Below, piece after piece: positions 50,683 to 64,000 of a DNA stretch of 64,000 bases. The DNA is from Dipteris shenzhenensis. Taxonomy: Eukaryota. The notes under the pieces were generated by a model. It searched no databases and was not told the origin of the DNA. It saw only the letters and a program-made list of their open reading frames with translations. The stretch lies in the NCBI GenBank assembly GCA_047967505.1, contig CM106538.1; one strand, written 5' to 3'. The position numbers were made by a program, and so were the translations under genes. Each line of letters begins with the position of its first letter. The first letter of the stretch is position 1.

Positions 50683-53600
50683 TTTGATCGATTCATCAGA
50701 GATTTACTCATTAGTCTTGTTCCTTTCTCCATCCCTTCGAGAGGCATCCTCAATTCTAGCTAGTATTCTTTGAGGAGCATCGAATCCATCCATCTCTATC
50801 TCTCTCTTAGTTTCTCGAGAAGACACCCATAGTTCAACATTTCAAGAGGATGGCATAGCTTTTACCCTCAACAACCATCACTCGAGTAGAGGAGATGAAT
50901 TTATTTTGGCTCTCTCTCACAATAGTCATGTAAAAAGCAATACCTCATTTTTCAAAGGTGCATTAGATTATTTTGAAGTTTTCGGGGATTCAATTTTGGC
51001 TGCCTGGACTTACGGGCTTCATCATCATCCCAGGAGTTCATGGAGTATCACTAGCAGTTCTTTGTAGTGGGGAGGATGCATGCCAGCAATTGGCAGCTAG
51101 TATCATATCATTATCCTTCCAGAGCTCAATATCTCCACAATAACAATCTAGTCATCCCTCAACAATTCATATTCCTAGGAGCCTATTAGAGTGTCACACC
51201 ATCCATGGATTAGGAGTTTGCACTAGTAGCATGATAGGATGATTGGATAGGGATTGGGCATATCAATTTGGCTTTCTATATCGGTTCTTAGGAGTTTTTG
51301 TTGAGCCATTGTGTTATCATAGCAGAGCATTCTGATGTTATAAAATGTTTAATATAAAAATTGAACAACTAGAATATCCTCTTGACATGAATAAAAGACC
51401 ATAATACATTTTTGCATAGAAAACATAGTGTGAGATTTGAAACATACCTATCTCCATCACTATATGCCAATCCTGGGGCACCAACTAAAAATGTAATATG
51501 TTACTATCCTCACCTAAAATCTAGGATATGGGGGGACAAGGTCTATATAGAATATGCATGGATTTCCTTTAAAAGTTTCAAATATGCAAGGAAAATTTCA
51601 TGTCCCCCCTTCCACATTATATAAGGTATACACCGTGAAAAATATGCAAGATTTTAAGATTTGTACATATTTTCTATAATATGTGAGGCCCAAAGGGGGG
51701 TCTTTTGGATGGGGGGGGTAAAACAAAAAATACACTAAAATATGAAAACCCATCTCCTTTCAAATTAATGTAACTTTTTCATGTGTTACCCAAATTTCAA
51801 GGTGAAGACATATTTGAAGCTCTTTTAGTGTAGAATACAACCATGTTAGTTTGACTAATTTCTACTCATGGCATGTTGTTAAATTCATCTCATACTCAAG
51901 ATTTTGATAGGTTTTCTTACTAAAGGGAGTTGGTGCCCCAAGATGCCAATTTTCAAGGCAAAAAGTGTTTCCTTGGAAACTTTAGAGAGAAGGCATTTGG
52001 AGACCATTTGGACGTCTTAGGGGCCAAGGGAGAAAATCCTTGAGGGATCCATGGTTGGAGGTTTTAATTCACGCTATAGTGAAAATAATTTTTTTAGGTA
52101 AAATGTTGAGGGGAATAACTTTCCCTTCTATTGCAAGATTAAAATATTTCATTTTTATGCACAAACTATGGGAAAGTGGTTTGATTGATTCATCAAAGAT
52201 TTACTCATTAGTCTTGTTCCTCTCTCCACCCCTTCGAGAGGCATCCTTAGTTCTAGCTAGCATTATTTGAGGAGCATCAAATCCATCCATCTCTATCTCT
52301 CTCTTAGTTTCTTGGGAAGACACCCATAGTTTCACATTTCAGGAGGATGGCATAGCTTTTACCCTCAACAACCATCACTCGAGCAGAGGAGATGGATGTG
52401 TTTTGGGTCTTTCTCACAATAGTCATGTAGAAAGCAATACTTCCTTGTTCAAAGGTGCATTAGATTATTCTCGATTTTTTGGGCATTCAATTTTGGCTGC
52501 CTAGCCTTACGGCCTTCATCATTATTCATGGAATATCACTAGTAGTTCTATGTAGTGGGGAGGATGCATGCTAGCAATTGGTAGCCAATATCATGTCATT
52601 ATCCTTCTAGAGCTCAATATCTCCACATCAACAATCTAGTCATCCCTCAACAATTCATATTCCTAGGAGCCTATTAGAGTGTCATACCATCCATGGATTA
52701 AGAGTTTGCACTAGTATCTGTAAGAAAACAATACAATGTCTGTGCTCAACAGATAACAGGATTTCGTATGCAAGAGAGAAAAGCAAATAGTATGGAGAAT
52801 CAAAAATTTGATTACTGTAAAACTGATACAATAGATGGCGGTGCCTCCCAGCCGTGCGCTCCTGTGTGAGAAGCTTCGATGGTGTGCTAGAAATAGTAGA
52901 GGACGGAGGCTGGATGCTAAGGAATCATGGTTGCTGTAGCCAGTGATGATGGGCTTCACGAGCTTGCTCTTATATAGCCACCACTCGTAGTCGGTTAGAC
53001 CCTATTGGGTGACTGACCCAGTCCGCCCAAAACGACCGATTGGGGGTTGGTCCCGAAATAGGCCACCGACCACACGATAGAACCGTGGCACAAAATAGAG
53101 AAACTAACCTAGGGTTTGCAGCCTTTGCCTATACCCGATCGACCCTGGCAAAGCATTGTCATGGATTTTATCACCCTTAGTGTGGTCAGTCATGGGATGC
53201 CTTCCCACACTTGCATGTAGCCTAGTTCGCAGTGTGCCAACTCTATCTAAAGCCGTCCAGCCATCAGGCCACACATGGTCCCCATCTGGTGTCCAAACCA
53301 AGACCTACCGGATAACCGAGCTACTCAAATGCCTTCTCCTCATATGGGGGGCTTACAAGTAGAGTTAGCTAGTTCCCGCGTAGTTACACGAGAGTGGAGC
53401 ATTGATATCTAATAGTATCATGATAGGATGATTGAACAGGGATTGGACATATCAATTTGGCTTTCTATATCGGTTCTTAGGAGTTTTTGTTGAGCCATTG
53501 TGTTATCATAGCAGAGCATTCTAATGTTATAAAATGTTTAATATAAAAATTGAACAACTAGAATATCCTCTTGACATGAACAAAAGACCATAATACATTT

Positions 53601-54381
53601 TTGCATAGAAAACATAGTGTGAGATTTGAAACATACCTACCTCCATCACTATATGCCAATCCTGGGGCGCCAACTCAAAATGTAATATGTTGCTACCCTC
53701 ATCTAAAATCTAGGATATGGGGGGACAAGGTCTATATAGAATATGCATGGATTTCCTTTAAAAGTTTCAAATATGCAAGAAAAAAATATGAAAATTTCAT
53801 ATCCCCCCTTCCACATTATATAAGGTATACACCGTGAAAAATATGCAAGATTTTAAGATTTGCACATATTTTCCATAATATGTGAGGCCCACGGGGGGGT
53901 CTTTTGGATGAGGGGGGGTAAAACAAAAAATACACTAAAATATGAAAGCCCATCTCCTTTCAAATTAATGTAACTTTTTCATATGTTACCCAAATTTCAA
54001 GGTGTAAAGACATATTTGAAGCTCTTTTAGTGTAGAACACAACCATGTTAGTTTGACTAATTTCTACTCATGGCATGTTTTTAATTTTATATCATACTCA
54101 AGATTTTGATAGGTTTTCTTACTAAAGGGAGTTGGCGCCCCAGGATGCCAATTTTCAAGGCAAAAAGTGTTTCCTTTGAAACTTTAGAGAGAAGGCATTT
54201 GGAGACCATTCGGGGGTCTTAGGGGCCAAGGGAGAAAATCCTTGAGGGATCCATGGTTGGAGGTTTGAATTCATGCTATAGTGAAAAGAATTTTTTTATG
54301 TAATATGTTGAGGGGAACAACTTTCCCTTCTATTGCAAGATTAAAATATTTCATTTTTATGCACAAACTATGGGAAAGTGG
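50683..54381. repeat. ~1.5-kb tandem duplication; second copy carries a solo LTR
   Basis: Copy 1 at 50683-52179 and copy 2 at 52180-54381; both run tttgat(c/t)gattcatca..gcacaaactatgggaaagtgg. Confidence 0.92.
52719..53414 (-). mobile_element. Solo LTR (696 bp)
   Basis: Absent from the first duplicate copy; TSD GTATC at 52714-52718 and 53415-53419; ends TGTAAG and CTAATA; TATA-like TATATAAG on minus near 52970. Confidence 0.8.
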
Positions 54382-55221
54382 AGGTGTGAAGTTTGGTTAT
54401 TCATGAAAATGAAAGAATCTGATCAGATGGCAGAAGGAAAGGTATTCCTTACAACATTTTACTCCTAAAAATACACTTTATCCCTACATCAAGAAAATGG
54501 GCCTCCGGGTGATAGGGCATCGCTCAAAGACTCAAATTCATGCCATAGTGAAAGGTATTTTTAGAAGTAAAATGTTGTGGCGAACAAATTTTTATTTGGC
54601 TTACTCAAATTCTTTCATTTTAATGAAGAAATAGAGGAAAAATGGAGATGTGAAGATTTTAGGTTGTGGGGGTGATGATTTGAATGATTTTTTGATGGAA
54701 ATTGAGTTTGTATGGATCATTTATGGATCTTGAAATCTTTTAAGAGAAAATAATCATAACTTGAATCAAATCAAAGAATAAATACACATTAAAAATATAT
54801 ATATAATAAGAAATATATATGAAATGTGCAACCAAGGAGCTATAGATGAACATTAATCTCTACATGCTCAATTATGCTCCTACAAGCCTAACTTGATTTG
54901 CTAGGTCCTTTGATAAATTGATGGGTAACTTAAGAAGGGATACTAAAAAGTTCAAAAGTCACACTATGGCGATATTTGATAGTTTTGAAGATAGTATAAG
55001 GGGCTTGAGAAGTAAAGTAGTAAATTGAGTTGTAATTTAATCAAAATAGTGAGTGCACCAATGTCTATATTATGTCAATGGTTAGGAATCTCATAACACC
55101 TATTATTGATAGCATCCCTATGGTGTTGTGGAGTATAAACTAGTTAACAACATAGTAATAGAAATTCTTTTTTGATGATAGCAAATCTAACAGACTTTCT
55201 TAACGAGGAAATTGTGCCTTT

Positions 55222-57904
55222 TGTTAGGAAATGGAGCCAAGATGAGTCAGTTTGGTGTGTTCTAGTCTAGTGTGTCCTATGGATGCCACGTGTCACATTG
55301 GGAGTCATCCCATATGCTTTGGTGTTCATATGTGTGTGTATGATCTATATAAGAGCTGTACTTGTCTAGTGTCAAATCAATCAAGTATCAAGCCTACAAA
55401 CTCTTTGGTCTACATGTGAGTACTTTCATTTTGTTCATTGCTCTTGCTATTTCATTTCCATTTCATTATGTCTCTCTTTGGGTATATTTATCTCATTTCC
55501 ATATCATTATGTCTCTCTTTGAGTATTATTGTCTCTCTCCCTAGCCTACCCTCTCTCTCTCCCTCTCCACCATACACCTTCATGTGGTATCAGAGCCTCC
55601 TTTACTACCTTTCCCTTCTCCATGCTCAATCTAGAGGATGAGGGAAGCCCGCAAATGGAAGCCATCCTCTCCCCCATAATTGAGCTCCCTTCCACTCCTT
55701 TCTCCCCATCTTGTTCTCTTCTCCTACCTTAGCCTCACCTTCGGAAGCTATGGAGCTTGGTTTGTTGCCCACATGAAAAGGAGCAACTCGGTCACTATTG
55801 TTGTGGGCATTTGTGGGCGTCTTCATAGAGGAAAAAGACAGTCTTTTTTTTGCTCAAAAACAACTCGTTTTTGCCATTTTGGGGGCATTTTTGTGAAGGA
55901 AATAGATAGTTGCTTACTATTGTAGAGATGTTTCCACTACTGGTCGTCCTAAAAACAATCTCATTTGGAGCCCATTTTTAAAGAAATGACCTACTTGAAG
56001 AGAGTTGTTGCTACATCGATCATTGGTGTCATTATACGTGCCATTGCTGCTCATTGCCTCTTCTCCTCCACGTGAGCTAAGCTATCCTCATTTTTCCTAC
56101 AAATTGTTGCTCCATCTCCTGCATGATGACATCTCTATCCTCTGCCTCTTTTGCCTTCAGTTCCAATCCTTAGTTTCATCTCTATTTCCGCTCCTAACGT
56201 GTTGAAGACTGAAGTTGCCATTTCTCGAGGTACACAATGACCTCTCTCTTCAAACTCATTGCTCATGGAGAAGCTCAAGGGGGAAGGATTCCCTACCTGG
56301 CATACTAAGTTTCAATTGCTCCTCATGGAAGAAAATGTATGGGATGCTATTGAGGATGATGCTCCAACAACGGATCCTCAATAACTCAAGACATGGAAGC
56401 AACACAACTCAAAAGCTATTGCTATCATCGGACTTGGACTTTGCCTTGATGATACTTTGATTCATCACATCAACTTCAAATCAACGGCCAAGGCGATATG
56501 GTCACGTCGAGAATCTTTTTGGTAACAAATTCAAAAACTCCAAGGTTTTCTTGAAGTTGCAATTTTATAATTTGGAAATGGAGGATAGTGATACCTTGAG
56601 TGCGCATTTAGCAAAAAATGCAATCTCTTGTGCAATAACTTTTCAGCCTCAAGTGTCCCCCAAACGACGAGGACAAAATGGTTGTCCTCATGAAGAGTAT
56701 GGAAGGAGTCACTCGCTTTGAGCATACTTTTAAAATACTTAGTCTTGCCATGACTACTTTTGATGATATGGTGACTCTTCTTCTCGAAAAGAATCACCGA
56801 AACAAAAAATTATATGATCTCTTCTTCAGATACTACAGAGGCTCTTGCTCCACTAGCAGGTGGAAACCTAGACCTCCACCAACACATGGAAAGTCAAAGC
56901 CATTCAAGCCTCTCAAGTGCACCTTTTGTAATAACAAGCTTGGTCATATGGAGGATAGATGCTACTAGAAGCTTGCCAAAAACAAATTAAGGACCATGCC
57001 ATTTGGGTTGCAGTCGCCACCAGTGACGATGAAGATGATGACCCTTCGACATAAGTTCATGCTCTTACTACTGAAATTCGACATCTCTCTTTTCCTCTAG
57101 AGGATGATGGAGATGATGATCTATATATTTTCTAAGCATGTTCTATTTTGGGTACTCTGCCCTGGGTTGTTTCCAAAAATGAATGAAATAAATGATGTGT
57201 GTTGAGTCAATAAGGTTCTCTACCTTGGATAGTCCTCCTAAAATGATATATTGCTTTTATATTTATGGTGTTTGGCTCCATGTCCCTAATTAGTCCTTGG
57301 AGCCAAGAGGGGGATATATTGTGGTAGCCATGTATTGGATTTTCTATGAGTTGGCCATGCATCCATACATGATGAAGCTCTGAGCCATCTTAGTTGAGCC
57401 TCTGATTCTATACCATGCTCACTAGCCTCTAAGCCATGCTCACTTGCCTCTGAGTTAGCATGGGATCCATGTCTAGGAACTAGACCGTCATTGCACAGTT
57501 TGATGACCATCATTGCCATGTTCTATTCTTGGTTCCATTCCAATAGTCACTCATCTTTCCTCCATGGGGGGTTGTTAGGAAATGGAGTCAAGATGAGTTA
57601 GTTTGGTGTGTTCTAGTGTGAGTTCTAGTCTAGTGTCTCCTATGGATGCCATGTGTCACATTAGGAGTTATCCCATATGTATTGGTGTTCATATGTGTGT
57701 GTGTGCTCTGTATAAGAGCTGCACTTGTCTAGTGTCAATTCAATCAAGTATCAAGCCTACAAGCTCTTTGGGCTACATGTGAGTACTTTCATTTTGTTCA
57801 TTGCTCTTGCTATTTCATTTCCATTTCATTATGTCTCTCTTTGAGTATTATTATCTCTCTTCCTAGCCTACCCTCTCTCTCTCCCTCTCCACCATGCACC
57901 TTCA
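55222..57904 (+). mobile_element. TR-GAG-like Copia element (two LTRs, gag only, ~2.7 kb)
   Basis: LTRs 55222-55582 and 57573-57904; PBS TGGTATCAGAGC at 55585-55596; G-run PPT at 57566-57571. Copia gag (KLKGEGFPTWHTKFQLLLMEENVWDAI) and knuckle CTFCNNKLGHMEDRC. No pol seen. Confidence 0.9.
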
Positions 57905-59299
57905 CGTTCCACCTTTAGTGAGGCAGTGGTTGTTATTCCTTTTGATTCCAGGTTGGCTTCCTCATTAGGTGGACAGGTTCTTTCATGCATAGATTTTTCT
58001 TTGCTTGGTTCTCTCCCTCACTCCAGTCCAATGGCACAGATGTTTGGTTAGATGATGTCTTTCAGACTATGTCTCACAGTCTCTTTAGTTCTCATGGTTG
58101 AATATGAGACCTCAGATGGCCATCCATGCACACTTTGATAGATTCTATATTGACAATTGGGCTTTGGATATAGAGGTGGTTTGATGTTGCTCCCAGGGCC
58201 TCTACTTCAAACCACTTTCTAGTGGTGTTGATGGTTTTCGGTTTTCAAGCCTCATAGGAGAGGCCACTTTGCCAGTCTCAAAATTTCAGATTCCTTGTAT
58301 GTAGAGGAGGACCTCACCAAGGCGGTTTTACAAATTCTTCTCATATGCAGGACAGAGTGTCATCCCCTTCACTGCAATAGCCCTCTCTGATATTAGTGAA
58401 TCCTATCATTAAGGTCGCTAGTACCAAAAAGCAAGAGATTCTTAGTCTTTGTTTGCAAGGAAAGAAGCATCTTGAAATTTGGGTAGAAGGATCCTTGTAT
58501 CCTTTAGATCCTGCCAACCAAAAGAGCCCTCCTTTCCATACAATGCATGAGCTAGTTCGGTTTGTTGGAAATGGACATGCGAGGTTGCTTGATTATTGCA
58601 ATCGGTTACCAGTCAATGGCTATGCAAGCAAGCGAGATGTTTATTAACCGGCAATTAGTAACTCTTTAGAGGAAAGAGCAGAAATGGGCTATAGATGCTT
58701 GGATTCAAAAGCACCTTGCTACAAGGACTCTTCCACCGCCGCAGACATTGCACAAGAGTCCTTTTGGACTCAGATGGGTGGTAGAGTCAATAAGAATATC
58801 TTCTATGCTCATGGCCGGAGACATAGTAGTGAGAGTGTCACTTAGCTCATTGACTCAAATAGGGTTTTGTAGACTGATCCAGATGCCGTCATGCGATAGC
58901 TACTGATTTTTATGCCTCTCTTCTCATAGTAGATTCTGACACACCAGTGAAAGATGATGCCAGGGTTTAGATTTGGCGGCATATTCCACTATTGGTGAAA
59001 CATGATATGAGGGTCTCCCTAGATGCGCCTTTCACCAATATGGACTTCAGGACTGCTCTTCTTGCTCTTCATTAGGGCAAGTGCCTTTTGTGGGATAAAG
59101 CACCGAAAGTCGAGGCTTTAGGCTTTGTGATCCAGCCACAAAGAAAATAATCATAAGTAGGGATTTTTGTTTGCAGAGCATGGTAGCATGCAACCCATTA
59201 GTGAAGAGTTGCCTCCATATGATGATACACCTCTAGACATCATTCAGTTTGAGGATGATGCTGATTTGGGCTAGTCAATTGACTTGGGTTCTCCAATTG

Positions 59300-60064
59300 A
59301 TGTTCCCTCTACCTCTCAGACTCCAGCAGGGTTGCCACATGTGAGGGTTCTTTTCCATCGAATGTTTCAAATCTGCAGCCAACTCATGGGGAGGAACAAC
59401 CCAATATTTGGAAGCATTATCAGTGCTGTGCAGTGAAGCAGAGTACAAAGCTTCAAATTCAGCCACTATGGAATGTATGTGGTTGAGGAAGCTTTTGCAT
59501 GATGCTCAGGGTGGTGACGCAACTCCGATCTTTTGTTGAGATGGCTTCATTGATTTCACATATTATTCCACTGAGGACAATGTGGCAAATATCTTCACTA
59601 AAAGCCTATGAGCACCTCTTTTCACACGACATCGACATGGCTTGAAGATACGAGATGTTCAAACAATGTCAAAGGGGGTTGTAAAATGACATTGTTTTCT
59701 TTTGTACTCCCATAGGTTTCTATATCCACATGTGGATGAATTTGTGCAGCCATGGTACTTTAGGTACTTCTGAGATCATTCCAGAGTACTTCAGCCATAT
59801 CATTGAGGGGGAATTTGTAGAGATATATACAATGATATGGTGGTGTAGGATAGACTAGGACTTAATCTATTTTGGAGTTTTAGTATGTTCTAGTTCTTGG
59901 ACTATATATACCAAGTACTTGTACTTCATTTGGTTGAACATTTCAGTTGGAGTTCACTTGTATTCACTTCTTGTTCTCGTGTTCATAATCCTTCTCCATT
60001 CTTGTTCCTTCACTTTGCAAATCTAAGTTTCTCACTTGCAGGGTGGAGTGCCTACTTTGTCACA
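59300..60064 (+). mobile_element. Ty1/copia RNase H remnant with 3' LTR-like end
   Basis: Reads CSEAEYKASNSATMECMWLRKLL and TEDNVANIFTKSL; PPT TGAGGGGGA at ~59804, followed by TGTAGAG..TGTCACA. Confidence 0.75.
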
Positions 60065-63000
60065 TATGGCAGATGCCCCCTCCGATATTAGTGACTTTTA
60101 CCATCTGGTTGTGAGTACCAAGAGACGTGAGATTCTTAATTGAGAGATTGGTGTTCGCCAGCAGTTGGACGCTTTGTAGAGGGAAGAGCAAAAGAGGCCA
60201 CACAATGCTTGGATTCAAGAGTGGCTTGTTGCAACCGTGTTGCAACAAGGCCTCACCAATAGATTTTGTTAGATTAGAGAGCAGAGTATGCCTTTCATGC
60301 ACGAGAGTCCTTCTGGATCCAGATGGGAGGTACAGTCAACAAACATTTCTTCTCTACACATGGCCCCAGACATAGTAGAGAGAGTGTTCTCAGCTCATTG
60401 AATCAAATAGAGTTTTACAGTCAGATCCAGATAACATCATGTGCATAGCTATAGATTTTTATGCCTCCCTTCTCTTAGTAGATCCTGGTAGCAAGACCAC
60501 TGATGATGCTAGACAGGTCATATGGCAATGTATTCCTAGGTTGGTGAAACTAAATACGAGGCTTTCTCTTGATGCACCTTTCACCAACATAGAGTTCAAG
60601 TCTACGCTTCTTACGCTTCACAAGGGGAAGTGCCCAAGTTCAAAGGGACTCCGCAGCATTTCCCAAAGTGTTGGGTCGCCACCAAGCTCTTGGAAGACCG
60701 AGATAGTTACAAAGGCAAGTAGGTTGTCAGGGTATAGAAGTTCAAATCCCAAACCTTAGGGGTTCTGAAGGCAATAAGACAAGAACCTGTGTCGATCTTA
60801 AATGCAGTAATACAAGAACCTACTGTCGAACCGGCTACAACAACCAAGCCCTAGAGTCCCAAACATGCCCTAGTACCACGAATCGTATAGGTTAAAATGA
60901 GGATTGCCCAAGACAACGAGGAAGCAACATAAGAACCAACCCCTATAATGCAGGGAATTACACAAGAACCTCCCTCCAAGTCCAAAGGCAATCAAGCAAA
61001 GGTTGTTTCAATCATAACATCACCAACGGCGCCGCCTGACTCACGAGAGCAAGTGTCTACACCAAGGATGGTCACACAAGAACCCGCTTATCTTGCGACA
61101 AAGGATATTCCTACAAGGGATCGTCACCACACCAATGCACCTCTGGCAACCAGAATGAGACACAAGCTGGACACATTCTCTACATGGTTGTTAACACGCT
61201 ATGCGGCAATGCGACATTCGTCAACACTGCATTCCACATGATCACCAAGTCTAGGTCTAGGTGAGTCGGTACGATAGTCATATCACCCCAATGCACCCGC
61301 AGCCCACAACTCACTTTCTTGACATCCACACGTATGCACAGTCAGCACTAGGTGATTAGGGCTAGTACATCCATTTTGCATTCTTTGTGTTCTTGCATGC
61401 TGACCTCACAGTCTGCCACACGCCTCACCTGTACACTTCACATACACAACCGCCCCTTCATAACCCTTTCCCCCCCCTTTCTCTCTCCTATCCTTTCCAC
61501 TTTCCCCCTTCTACACCTTTCTTTACTTTTCTAAGATAGTTATCTCACCGATTGTCACCATCCCACTATCTCATTGGTCGTTGCCATTTCAGTATCCCAC
61601 TGATCGTCGCCATCCCACTATTGTTGCGATTTCATAGTCTCATTTGATGTACCATTCACCAACATAGAGTTTAGGACTTCTCTCTCAGCCCTTCCCAAGG
61701 GCAAGTGCCCTAGTTCAGATGGGCTTACATCCTCTTTTTGTATTTCTTTTTGGGTATTAGATTGGGGATAACATTATCTTAGCCCTGTAGGGTGTTTGGG
61801 ACTCGGGTGAGATGCCAGACTCACTTACTGAGAGCCTCATTCATCTTATTTTAAAAGGAGGTTGCAGGAATTTAGTGTCTCAATGGAGACTGATCACTTT
61901 GTTGGGCACATTGTACAAAATCCTAGCAAAAGCAATCAGCCTTTATTTGTAGCCTTTTCTTCTAGATCTTATACATGATATGTAGATGGAGATTTGTGCA
62001 TGGCAAGAGCATCTTTGATAATATCTTCTCATTCTGGGAGGCTCCTGAATGGGCCATGCATAATGGCCATAGGACTCTTGGACTTTGAGAAAGCTTATGA
62101 CAGAGTAGACTGGGGCTTTCTAGAGGGTACCCTCACTCGCTTTGGATTCATGGATGCATGGATCAGAGGGGTGTCAGCTCTTTATAGATCAGGCCATAGC
62201 CAAGTTCTCGTTGGTGGAGCAGGGGTCAGATTAGCAGATTGGTCCATCAGGGATGCCCTTTAGCCCCCTTTCTCTTTTTATTTGTGGTTGAAGCTATGAG
62301 CTATTACCTTAGAGCTTAAGCTAATATTATAGGGCTGAGTCTTCCATTGAGGTAGGGAGTTGAGCTATTGGATAGTGAGCTGGTTCAAAGTTCAATGAAA
62401 GGATAGTCTAAGGACAACTAAACTTGGGAGTCAATTGTTGATTGCAATAGAACTTTCCCAATTTTGTTTAAGAGTAAATGCTTGAAATGTTATGTAGCTA
62501 GGTGCTTGGGATTAAGGGAAGTAGGTTAACATGGGGCTAGAGGGGTTAGAACAATAGCAAAGGACTAGTTGGGTACCAGCCAGGACTTAGTTCCCTCTTT
62601 TTCCTCAAATGGATTACCATCAATAAACGTAGAGCAATCTTCTGAAAGGACTTAACTCACCTCTTTCAAGACAACCTTGGATTTGTTTTGCACTATAGCA
62701 TGGCTCATATTCATTGGAACAAATCCAATGGCTTTTGGATTAGTGATGAGGACTCTCCAAATTGGGGGATTGACATAGGATTCACTTGGATTTCGAGGGG
62801 TGTTTCCATCAAGTACCTAGGATGCCAGGTAGAAACCAGTCACCTCATGTAGGTAGCCAAATGCTAAGAAAGCCAAAGAATATCATGCACACTTGTCATC
62901 TGCATTAAATGGTATCATCTGGCCTGAAGAGCTACCAAGTCAAAGCAACCTCATGGTATCCAAAGTGTTGTCTGTAGCAGATGCAAGTATCGCATTTAGT

Positions 63001-64000
63001 GTCGAAGGTGATGACGGGGTAGGGAGAGAATCTGGGAACTATTTAATTTAAGTTAATCGATTTAAATTAGTTAAGTTTATTTATTTCATTTAAGTTAATT
63101 AGAACATTTGCCCCTTGGCATTATTATACATTTAGGTGCACCTAGGCCTTAGCACTCAGAACCACCTAGTCAATGCCATTACACCCTCACCTAGGACCTT
63201 GGTAGTTACTTCTCTTGACCATTTTATTTACGCACATTAAATATTACAGAAGTCGGTCATCTAAGAGAAAATGCCCACCAATCTTTCCGAGGTCATGCTA
63301 TATCGGCTAGAGCATAACATCCTGGCAAGGGATCAGAGGGGAGGGGGGGAAGAATTGGGAAAATGGTTTGAGTAGCTTGGTAATCCTCGAGGGTAGGATT
63401 AGCAAGGGAAGGGAAGAAGCTAGGTGTGAGGGGCTCGTAAGTTTGTGACTATTGAGTTAGTTGAAAGTGGTGAGAGGCATGAGCAAAGAGACAAGAAAGG
63501 GAGTAGATGTTAGCAGGGAAGGTTAAGAGGGTGGTAGCAGCAAGGGTAAGTGAGGTTATGAGATTGGCATAGAGAGTGATTAGATATGGGAAGTTGGATG
63601 TGAGATAGGCCCTGCCATCTTCAACACTTCTTTTTGTTGGTGCAATGGGATCAACTGCAAGGGTGGGATGTCAATTATGTCATGCCTTGCAAATAATAGT
63701 GATGGCCTTTGTAGCAATGGCAACAAACTAGCAATAACTCTGAGGGGAGGACTACCCATGAGGCATACATATGTGATGAAAGCATCTGTCTTGAGTGCTA
63801 TAAACCCGGCATGTGTAGACAAGTAAAAGATATTTTTCTCATCTTTGGACAAGTCTTGGCAAATTATGCACAGAGTTTTGATCCCTATGGAACGTTCCCA
63901 TTTGATTGTTGGATGAGTGGATATGGTCGTGATTTGGAGTTGCTTCTATTGGATAAGCACTCGTGCTTTGAGGTGATCTTCTGATTGCAGAGCAGCTACA

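Larger units (their letters stand above)
48700..62830 (+). mobile_element. Old fragmented L1-clade LINE sequence, interrupted by several insertions
   Basis: ORF2-start-like NPIIKVAS at 58396; LDAPFTNIEFKSTLLTLHKGKCP; LLDFEKAYDRVDWGFL; QGCPLAPFLF; IGFTWISRGVSIKYLGCQV (same family as the L1 at 32472). The ORF1-like assignment of ~48.7-51.3 kb and 57.9-58.4 kb is weak. Confidence 0.6.

Overview
Eukaryotic, TE-dense DNA from a large-genome land plant (a fern-like origin is my inference from the long TE-filled intron and the mix of Ty3, Copia, L1 and RTEX-like LINEs). I can support one intact protein-coding gene: a 7-exon MacroD-type macrodomain (ADP-ribose binding/hydrolase) gene on + (10417-24459, 387 aa). 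It has an acid-free, transit-peptide-like N-terminus, and its last intron (10,263 bp) holds a gag-only Copia remnant and a chromovirus. Most of the rest is degraded, often nested retroelements, several with readable TSDs: a TRIM-like element, gag-only Copia elements, RTEX-like LINEs, L1s and a solo LTR. The most unusual non-TE signal is a CpG-rich island at about 44.7-46.5 kb. It contains a 324-nt rod-like foldback whose two best helices pair fully only on the minus strand (their mismatches become G-U), is bracketed by 15-bp imperfect direct repeats, and faces a putative spliced non-coding or short-ORF transcript on +. A second, near-perfect 65-bp-arm hairpin lies just 3' of the macrodomain gene. 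All calls were made by eye; boundaries of degraded TEs are approximate.
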